A stretch of DNA of 64,000 nt from a virus. The stretch is taken from positions 1 through 64,000 of IMG/VR virus record IMGVR_UViG_3300008740_000003; one strand, written 5' to 3'. A program made the translations under genes and the position numbers. This document shows positions 57,206 to 64,000 of this stretch, piece by piece (position 1 is the first letter of the stretch; each line of letters opens with the position of its first letter). The notes beneath the pieces are model-generated. The model saw nothing but the letters and a program-made list of their open reading frames with translations. It did no database searches and was not told the DNA's origin.

Positions 57206-57756
57206 TGCATATGGACAAAAGTTTTAAAGAATATCTAGCTGAAAGTAAAAGAACTTACAATTTCAAAGTAGGTTTAGCAGGTATGTTAGCAGATGATACA
57301 GCTGACAAACTTGAATCAGCTATGCAGAAATATAGTGTAGTTAAAATGAGTAATGGCAAAAAAACGCCTATTCAGAAAAAAGCATTAGATTTTCCTGCAT
57401 TAGAAAATACAGAAGTTACATATTTTGATATTGAAGTTGAATATCCAACAACTACTTCTGTACTTGAAGAATATTTAAAACATACATTAGGTTTAGCTGA
57501 AAATCATATAGTAGTTAGAAAACCTGGTGACCCTTTAGTTGCTCAACAAGAAGAGCCAAAAGAAGGTGACGGAAAAGCTAATTTAGAAAGTGAATATCCT
57601 AAAGCTGATCCTAAAGCACAAAAAACAGCAGGTACTTCTAGAGTAATGGAATTACTTAAAGAATTAGAAAAAGTTAGAAAAGATAGAGAGGCTCCTGATG
57701 CCGCTAAAGATGTTAAAACTAATCCAGAAGGCGACAAAGGAATAATGGAGAGATAA
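57205..57756 (+). CDS. Hypothetical protein, possibly an internal head protein
   Basis: N-terminus MDKSFKEYLAES resembles the T4 capsid-targeting sequence. Confidence 0.55.
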   Translation: MHMDKSFKEYLAESKRTYNFKVGLAGMLADDTADKLESAMQKYSVVKMSNGKKTPIQKKALDFPALENTEVTYFDIEVEYPTTTSVLEEYLKHTLGLAENHIVVRKPGDPLVAQQEEPKEGDGKANLESEYPKADPKAQKTAGTSRVMELLKELEKVRKDREAPDAAKDVKTNPEGDKGIMER

Positions 57757-57757
57757 G

Positions 57758-58234
57758 ATGGATATTAGAGATTTTATAGGTAAAGTAGACAAGATTCAAA
57801 GCAAAGAAGAAAACAGAAAAGAAGCTAACAAAGAAACTTTAAAAGAAGCAGTTCAGTTTTCTATGGTTGGTGACAATCTTGATGATATCCAAAACTTCTT
57901 ACAAATTTTTAAAAATGCAGGAGTACAAGCACCAAAAATGGATGCCGCTACTACTACACAAGACGTAGAAGATATATTACAACCTGATGCCGAAGCTACA
58001 GAAGAAACTAAAGATGAAGTACCTGGTAAAGCAAGTACTACACCTGACCCAGAAGTTAAAGATACTAACTTTATGACAAAGGATATAGCAGGCGGTATTA
58101 ATAAAGCTAAAAAAACTTATCCTAAAGTGTCATCTGGTGACAATCCAATGGCTATGGAACAAGAAACTGTTGATTTTGTTGCAAAAGTTAAAGAAGATAT
58201 AGCAAGTCAATACAAAGAATACAAAGCAAAGTAG
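57758..58234 (+). CDS. Hypothetical acidic protein, possibly internal head / prohead core
   Basis: 158-aa ORF rich in E/K/D; SD GGAG upstream. Confidence 0.55.
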   Translation: MDIRDFIGKVDKIQSKEENRKEANKETLKEAVQFSMVGDNLDDIQNFLQIFKNAGVQAPKMDAATTTQDVEDILQPDAEATEETKDEVPGKASTTPDPEVKDTNFMTKDIAGGINKAKKTYPKVSSGDNPMAMEQETVDFVAKVKEDIASQYKEYKAK

Positions 58235-58279
58235 TTTTCAAAACATTTTCCACCCCCCAGTTTACTACTAAATATTAGT

Positions 58280-59872
58280 ATGTCAATGAAAAGTTTAGAT
58301 GGTGTACTAACCAAAAAAGCACACCTTAAGGAAAGATTTACAGAGGATCAACTAACAGATCTGACTAAATGTACAAATCCAGATAATGGTTTTGAACATT
58401 TTGCTAAAAATTATTTTCATATCCAACATCCTGTACAGGGTAAATTATTATTCAAACCTTATGAATATCAATCTAGACTTTTAAACAGTTATCATAATTA
58501 TAGATTTAATATTAATATGCTACCACGACAAAGTGGAAAAACTACTTCAGCCGCTTGTTATCTATTATGGTATGCAATGTTTCATCCAGACCAAGTTGTA
58601 TTAATTGCCGCACACAAATTTGCTGGTGCCCAAGAAATTATGCAACGTATTCGTTATGGATATGAATTATGTCCTGATCATATTAGAGCAGGTGTAATAA
58701 ACTATAATAAAGGTTCTATGGAATTTGAAAATGGAAGTAGAATAGTTAGCACAACAACTACTACAAATACTGGAAGAGGTATGGCGATATCATTATTATA
58801 TTGTGATGAGTTTGCTTTCGTAAATGCCGGTATTGCCAGAGAATTTTGGACTTCTATTTCTCCTACACTAGCAACAGGAGGTAAAGCAATAGTTACATCA
58901 ACTCCTAATTCAGATGAAGATATGTTTGCAACTTTATGGAAACAATCTCAAGATAAATTTGATGAACACGGTAATGAAGCAGAACTTGGATCAAATGGCT
59001 TTCATGGTTATACTTGTATGTGGAACGAACATCCGGATCGAGATGAAGAATGGAAACAGGCAGAATTAAGTAGAATAGGTGAAGAAAGATTTAGACGAGA
59101 ATATGGTTGTGAATTTTTAGTTTATGATGAAACTTTAATTAATAGTATTTTCTTATCAACGTTAGATGGAAAAGAACCTATAATGAATATGGGACAAACA
59201 CGTTGGTATGAAAAAATTAATTCAGAAAGTATTTACGTAATAGCATTAGATCCTGCAATGGGTACCGGTGGAGACAATGCCGCAATACAAGTTTATGAAT
59301 TACCAAGTTACAAACAAGTAGGCGAATGGAAACATAATATGACTGGTATACCACAACAAGTTAGAATTCTAAAAGACATATCAACTTACATTAAAGATGA
59401 ATCAGGAAATCCTAATGGTTCAAATATATATTGGAGTGTAGAAAATAATACAATAGGTGAGTCAGCATTATTAGTAATTCAAGACTTTGGTGAGGATTCT
59501 ATACCCGGTATGTTTGTAAATGAACCTATTAGAAAAGGTCATATTAGAAAATTTAGAAAAGGTTTTAATACAACTCATAAAACTAAAATAAGTGCCTGTG
59601 CAAGATTAAAATCAATGATAGAAAGAAACAAAATGACAATTCATAGTAAACCTCTAATTAGTGAACTTAAATCATATGTGGCGGCAGGTTCCTCTTATAG
59701 AGCTAAAACAGGTGAAAAAGATGACCTAGTTAGTGCATCTTTATTAGCTATGAGGATCATACAAGTATTAAAAGACTGGGATCCTAAAGTATATACGTCA
59801 TTTAGCCAGGCAGATGAAGATACAACAGAAAGAGTTATACCACTACCAGTGTTCGCAAGTTACACAGGGTAG
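58280..59872 (+). CDS. gp17: Terminase large subunit
   Basis: YQ motif, PRQSGKTT Walker A, LLYCDEFAF Walker B, STPN, ALDPAMG and DDLV nuclease motifs; no intein visible. Confidence 0.95.
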   Translation: MSMKSLDGVLTKKAHLKERFTEDQLTDLTKCTNPDNGFEHFAKNYFHIQHPVQGKLLFKPYEYQSRLLNSYHNYRFNINMLPRQSGKTTSAACYLLWYAMFHPDQVVLIAAHKFAGAQEIMQRIRYGYELCPDHIRAGVINYNKGSMEFENGSRIVSTTTTTNTGRGMAISLLYCDEFAFVNAGIAREFWTSISPTLATGGKAIVTSTPNSDEDMFATLWKQSQDKFDEHGNEAELGSNGFHGYTCMWNEHPDRDEEWKQAELSRIGEERFRREYGCEFLVYDETLINSIFLSTLDGKEPIMNMGQTRWYEKINSESIYVIALDPAMGTGGDNAAIQVYELPSYKQVGEWKHNMTGIPQQVRILKDISTYIKDESGNPNGSNIYWSVENNTIGESALLVIQDFGEDSIPGMFVNEPIRKGHIRKFRKGFNTTHKTKISACARLKSMIERNKMTIHSKPLISELKSYVAAGSSYRAKTGEKDDLVSASLLAMRIIQVLKDWDPKVYTSFSQADEDTTERVIPLPVFASYTG

Positions 59873-59887
59873 ATAAATACAAGATAT

Positions 59888-61966
59888 ATGAACACAAGAG
59901 CAGTTGCAAACGATTTATTCGCTAAAATTAGGGGACGATTTCCAGCAGTCACTTTGGGTAATGACGCAGGAGAAGTTACTAGTAATCCCGAAGAAGCACG
60001 GTATTTTGACTTCGATTTTCAAGAAGCTGGAAAGCAACTAGGAAAGGTAAGTATTAGTATAGACGACAAAGATGGTCTAGTAGTACTACACAATACGGAT
60101 TTTATAGAGGATGCCGATAGTGGAGTAAAGCATAAGTGGTTTGAATTTCTTAAAGAATTAAGAAATTTTGCTAAATCAAGAATGCTTAATTTTGATACAA
60201 GGGATATTACTAAAAGCAACCTTGAAAAACGAGACTATCAATATTTGAGTCAAACACGTCAAGATGGCGAGGAAAAAAGAATGAGTGAATCTAATATATA
60301 CGGAACTACAAAAACTAGTTTTCAACCTATTGGAAATGCACGTTTAGTTATTAAACACTCTGCTCCAATAGATATGTCTGTTGGTGCTAACAGATCTCGA
60401 AGAATAGAATCTTTATTCATAGAAAGTCCTAAAGGAGAAAGATTTAGATATCCTCTTAAACATCTTAACGGTGCAAGAGCAATGGCTCAACATATTTCCA
60501 ATGGCGGTGTTCCATATGATGATTTTGGAAAACATATAGCAGGATTAAGTGAAGAACTTTCAAAACTAAAACAATTTAAAACATATATTAATCGTTCAGC
60601 TGTGATGGCAGAAGGTCTTAAAAGTTATCTATCTATTGTAGATGAAAGAGTAGAAGAAATTAAAAGTACCTGCCAAAAATTACAAAGAAATTCATATTAT
60701 TCAGAAGCAATTAAAGATTATAAAACAACAGAAGTTAAAGAAGTTCCTGAAGAAATTAAACAAAATTGGATAGATGAATTAACAATTAAAACTTTCAAAG
60801 AAGAATTAAAAGACGTATTTCCTTACATTTATAATTTAGTTTCAGAAAAAACAACAGCAAAAGAAGTTACACCAGAAGACTTTGATGAAGCAGGAGGCTT
60901 TCAAGGAGAAACAGAACCTCATATGCTTCAGTATGATTTAGCAGGTGACTTTGATCAAGAAAATGGTGTATCGGACGAACACGCAAAAGAAATTGAAGCC
61001 AAATTAGCTGATGCTGGTATTACAGCAGAAGTTCATCCAGACGAAATGCGTTATCAAGGAATTCATATTCATACATTAGCATCTGCAGAAGAAGTAGAAA
61101 AAGTATTAGCTGGAATGATTGAACATATTGCTGACATAGAAGATTTTGAACAAGCATTGAATACTATTGTAGGCGAAGCAGAAAATGGTTTATTTTCATC
61201 TGATCCTGAAGAAGCTAAACAATCTTTGACAAAATTAAATAATTTAATGGACAAACATTTCCCTGCAGGAGTAAATGGTGTTAATGGTTTAGAAAGTTTA
61301 CAAGGTATTATCGACGATAAAGAATTAAACGATCAAATAGTGTCAATGGGTAAAGAAGATAGTGATGCTTGTATAAGAGGCACAATAATGAATTATATTA
61401 AAAGCAAAAGACCAGATTTAGCTCAAAGCATCAATGTAGGTGATATGAAACCAGAAGGCGAAACATTTACTTGGGAAAATATTAAACCTTATGTGTCAAT
61501 GTACAAAGGTGATGACGGAAAAACAGTTTATGATGTTTTAGACAAAGATAGTAAGTCTGTATTCCAATCAAATAAAGCCAAAGAAGCAATGGCATATTTG
61601 AAAAAGAATTTTGACGCATTAAGAAAAGGTGAAATGAAACCAGAAATGCCAGCAGGTTGGGAAGATGATTCCGGTAATGTTTCTATAATGAAAGGACCAG
61701 ATGGCAAAATTAGTTTAGAACCAAAAGCTGAACCAGGTAAAGAAGAAGAACCAGAACTTGATGATCCAAAAAATTTAGCTGAATTTATTAAAAGTCATTT
61801 TGATTATACAACTAACAATTTTCCAAAAGGTGAAACAGGTCTTTTAACAGCAGTTGAAAAAAGATTTGGTGAAAAACACGTAAGAACTGCTGAAGCTATT
61901 ATCCAAAAATTAATGACGGGCCAAGATAAGCAAATTAATAGAATAAAAAAATTGGCTGGCGTTTAA
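59888..61966 (+). CDS. Large hypothetical acidic protein, probably late/virion-internal
   Basis: 692 aa; late promoter at 59873; GERFRYP..HLNGARAMAQH block; ends RIKKLAGV. Confidence 0.6.
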   Translation: MNTRAVANDLFAKIRGRFPAVTLGNDAGEVTSNPEEARYFDFDFQEAGKQLGKVSISIDDKDGLVVLHNTDFIEDADSGVKHKWFEFLKELRNFAKSRMLNFDTRDITKSNLEKRDYQYLSQTRQDGEEKRMSESNIYGTTKTSFQPIGNARLVIKHSAPIDMSVGANRSRRIESLFIESPKGERFRYPLKHLNGARAMAQHISNGGVPYDDFGKHIAGLSEELSKLKQFKTYINRSAVMAEGLKSYLSIVDERVEEIKSTCQKLQRNSYYSEAIKDYKTTEVKEVPEEIKQNWIDELTIKTFKEELKDVFPYIYNLVSEKTTAKEVTPEDFDEAGGFQGETEPHMLQYDLAGDFDQENGVSDEHAKEIEAKLADAGITAEVHPDEMRYQGIHIHTLASAEEVEKVLAGMIEHIADIEDFEQALNTIVGEAENGLFSSDPEEAKQSLTKLNNLMDKHFPAGVNGVNGLESLQGIIDDKELNDQIVSMGKEDSDACIRGTIMNYIKSKRPDLAQSINVGDMKPEGETFTWENIKPYVSMYKGDDGKTVYDVLDKDSKSVFQSNKAKEAMAYLKKNFDALRKGEMKPEMPAGWEDDSGNVSIMKGPDGKISLEPKAEPGKEEEPELDDPKNLAEFIKSHFDYTTNNFPKGETGLLTAVEKRFGEKHVRTAEAIIQKLMTGQDKQINRIKKLAGV

Positions 61967-61993
61967 TCCTAAAATCATATCCAAAAAAAATAC

Positions 61994-62050
61994 TTGACTA
62001 AATATTAGAGTTAATATAGTATTGACATTATGTTTGTCTTGTGCTACATT
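61994..62050 (+). promoter_or_regulatory. Tandem sigma70-type promoters for the gp32 operon
   Basis: TTGACT(61994)-17-TAGTAT and TTGACA(62022)-17-TACATT with an extended -10 TG. Confidence 0.65.
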
Positions 62051-62097
62051 AACAATAAGGCACAATTAACAAAGGCTAAAAATAGGAGGCTTATATT

Positions 62098-63045
62098 ATG
62101 GCAACATTAGCAGACATTCGTGCAAAACTTAAAGAACAAGAAGCACGACAAGGCGGCGGAAGCCGATCAGGCGGAGACAACGCCATTTTTCCATTTTGGA
62201 ATCTGAAAGAAGGAGAGCAGGCAACTGTTCGTTTCTTGCCGGATGGAAATAAAGAAAACACTTTTTTCTGGAAGGAACGTTTAATGATTAAACTACCTTT
62301 CCAAGGCATAAAAAGTGAAACAGACTCTAAACCGGTACAGGTACAAGTTCCATGTATGGAAATGTATGGAGAATCTTGTCCTATACTATCAGAAGTTAGA
62401 GGATGGTTTAAAGATCCCAAGTTAGAGGATATGGGAAGAAAATATTGGAAGAAAAGATCTTATATCTTTCAAGGTTTTGTTGGAACAAATCCTTTAAATG
62501 AGGAAACTACACCAGAAAATCCAATTAGAAGATTTATAATTGGACCACAAATTTTCCAAATTATCAAAGGTGCATTAATGGACCCAGACATGGAAGATTT
62601 GCCAACGGATTCAGTAAACGGTGTTGATTTTAGAATAATCAAAACTAGCAAAGGTGGCTATGCAGATTATTCAACTTCGACTTGGTCAAGAAAATCAAGA
62701 CCACTTTCTGAAGAAGAAAATAAAGCAGTTGAACAACATAGTTTGTGGAACTTGAGCGACTTTCTTCCAAAGAAACCATCTGAAGTAGACGTTAAAGTAA
62801 TCAAAGAAATGTTTGAAGCATCTGTGGATGGCGAAGCATATGACCAAGAAAAATATGGTCAATACTTTAGACCAGCAGGTATTAGTGCAAGAACAGGTGA
62901 TCCAGTAGCAACGCCAAAAGCGACTACACCAGAACCTAAAAAAAGTACGGTTCAGGAAACACCTAAGTCTAATGCTGATACTAATAAACAGAATAGTAAG
63001 GCTGAAGACATTTTAGCGATGATTAGAGCAAGACAACAAAAGTAA
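62098..63045 (+). CDS. gp32: Single-stranded DNA-binding protein (T4 gp32-like)
   Basis: VRFLP, C.EMYGESCPI, RKYWKKRSY, GYADYSTS.W; SD AGGAGG. Confidence 0.88.
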   Translation: MATLADIRAKLKEQEARQGGGSRSGGDNAIFPFWNLKEGEQATVRFLPDGNKENTFFWKERLMIKLPFQGIKSETDSKPVQVQVPCMEMYGESCPILSEVRGWFKDPKLEDMGRKYWKKRSYIFQGFVGTNPLNEETTPENPIRRFIIGPQIFQIIKGALMDPDMEDLPTDSVNGVDFRIIKTSKGGYADYSTSTWSRKSRPLSEEENKAVEQHSLWNLSDFLPKKPSEVDVKVIKEMFEASVDGEAYDQEKYGQYFRPAGISARTGDPVATPKATTPEPKKSTVQETPKSNADTNKQNSKAEDILAMIRARQQK

Positions 63046-63054
63046 CTTAATTAA

Positions 63055-63081
63055 TATGGTGGGGGCTAGTTCCCCACTATA
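63055..63081 (+). terminator. Strong hairpin after gp32 (terminator or processing/stability stem)
   Basis: tatggtggggg-ctagt-tccccactata 11-bp stem including G-U pairs; no T tract. Confidence 0.5.
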
Positions 63082-63089
63082 GAAATATT

Positions 63090-63188
63090 ATGAAAAGAGA
63101 AATTAAAAAAATAATAGACTGGATATTATATAAACAAATTCCTGCCTGGATATTGTTAGTAGTAATAATTATCTGGATCTTAATATAG
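63090..63188 (+). CDS. Small membrane peptide (32 aa; not in the ORF track)
   Basis: MKREIKKIIDWILYKQIPAWILLVVIIIWILI*; fills the gap between gp32 and UvsX; weak SD. Confidence 0.5.
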   Translation: MKREIKKIIDWILYKQIPAWILLVVIIIWILI

Positions 63189-63196
63189 GATAAACA

Positions 63197-64000
63197 ATGG
63201 CAAATAAGGCATTCGACGCATCAAAATTCAGAAAAAATTTAACAAAAAGTATAACAGGATTAGGTATAGGATTTACAGATCCAACAGATTGGATAAGCAC
63301 AGGTAATTATGCATTAAATTATCTAATATCAGGAGATTTCAATAAAGGTGTTCCATTAGGAAAAGTTACAGTATTAGCAGGTGAACCACAAGCAGGTAAA
63401 TCTTATATAGCATCAGGTAATATTGTTAAAGCGGCACAAGATCAAGGAATTTTTGTAATTTTAATAGATTCAGAAAATGCTTTAGATGAAAAATGGTTAC
63501 AAGCACTTAACGTAGATACAGATGAGAAAAAACTTTTAAAATTAAGTTTATCTATGATAGATGATGTAGCAAAAACTATATCAACATTTATGAAAGATTA
63601 CAAAGAACAATATGCAGATAATAAAGTAGATGCACCAAAAATTTTATTTGTAGTTGATAGTTTAGGTATGTTATTAACACCAACTGATGTTGATCAATTT
63701 GAGAAAGGTGATATGAAAGGTGATTTAGGTAGAAAAGCAAAATCACTAACAGCACTTGTAAGAAATTGTGTTAATATGTTTGGTAGTTGGAATGTCGGAC
63801 TTGTTGCAACAAATCATACTTACGCATCACAAGATATGTTTGACCCAGATGATAAAATATCAGGTGGACAAGGATTTGTATATGCATCAAGTATTGTAAT
63901 TGCAATGAAAAAATTAAAGTTAAAAGAAGATGAAGATGGTAATAAAATAACAGATGTACGTGGTATTAGAGCATCTTGTAAAGTAATGAAAACAAGATTT
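63197..64000 (+). CDS. uvsX: RecA-like recombinase (UvsX), partial; runs off the window
   Basis: MANKAFDASKFRK...WISTGNYALNYLISG...G.P.GKVTVLAGEPQAGKS...IDSENALD...VVDSLG...ATNHTY...SGG; absent from the track because it has no stop. Confidence 0.92.
   Translation, partial: MANKAFDASKFRKNLTKSITGLGIGFTDPTDWISTGNYALNYLISGDFNKGVPLGKVTVLAGEPQAGKSYIASGNIVKAAQDQGIFVILIDSENALDEKWLQALNVDTDEKKLLKLSLSMIDDVAKTISTFMKDYKEQYADNKVDAPKILFVVDSLGMLLTPTDVDQFEKGDMKGDLGRKAKSLTALVRNCVNMFGSWNVGLVATNHTYASQDMFDPDDKISGGQGFVYASSIVIAMKKLKLKEDEDGNKITDVRGIRASCKVMKTRF

Noticed and set aside
62030-62080. T4 gene-32-like autoregulatory pseudoknot (ttgtgc/gcacaa pairing)
   Set aside because: The 5' arm overlaps the proximal promoter's spacer and extended -10, so it would be absent from that transcript, and no second stem is convincing.
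155-62651. Numerous short antisense or out-of-frame ORFs in the track (e.g. 34219..34710, 51958..52317, 17787..18107, 50649..50927)
   Set aside because: They overlap well-supported genes or promoters, lack SD sites and motifs, and are explained by the codon bias of the sense genes.
1-64000. Alternative genetic code (stop-codon reassignment)
   Set aside because: Genes are long and tile densely in the standard code, and TAG is used as a genuine stop (e.g. 25875, 56227, 58234, 59872).
1-64000. CRISPR array, tRNA, rRNA, intron or intein
   Set aside because: No regularly spaced DNA repeats, no cloverleaf in the short intergenic gaps, and terminase, gp32 and UvsX read uninterrupted.

Overview
AT-rich segment of a large T4-like (myoviral, probably jumbo) bacteriophage genome. 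The host is not identifiable from the sequence; the protein families resemble those of aquatic T4-like phages. Positions 1-42.6 kb are a + strand late cluster of virion, baseplate and fibre genes built from shuffled, often nested modules: CBM5/12-like W-x-YxxGD repeats, beta-helix, LamG, cupredoxin-like, His/Cys modules, and helical 'KCxRD' domains resembling the phycobiliprotein bilin-attachment helix. This cluster also holds three ~30-Cys paralogues, a GT9-like / carbamoyltransferase / GT9-like triplet, a catalytically dead esterase domain and an unannotated 31-aa metallothionein-like peptide. Positions 42.6-48.8 kb are a - strand operon coupling neck and tail-completion genes (gp14, gp15) to NUDIX, HldE, a 2OG-Fe(II) oxygenase, HldD and a cupin (ADP-heptose synthesis). 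Positions 48.9-64 kb carry gp13, dNMP kinase, an HNH-like gene, sheath gp18, tube gp19, gp4, terminase, gp32 and a partial UvsX/RecA. T4-type late promoters (ATAAATA) precede most structural genes. The pentamer GCWGC appears to be systematically avoided. All calls come from motif reading by eye, without database searches.
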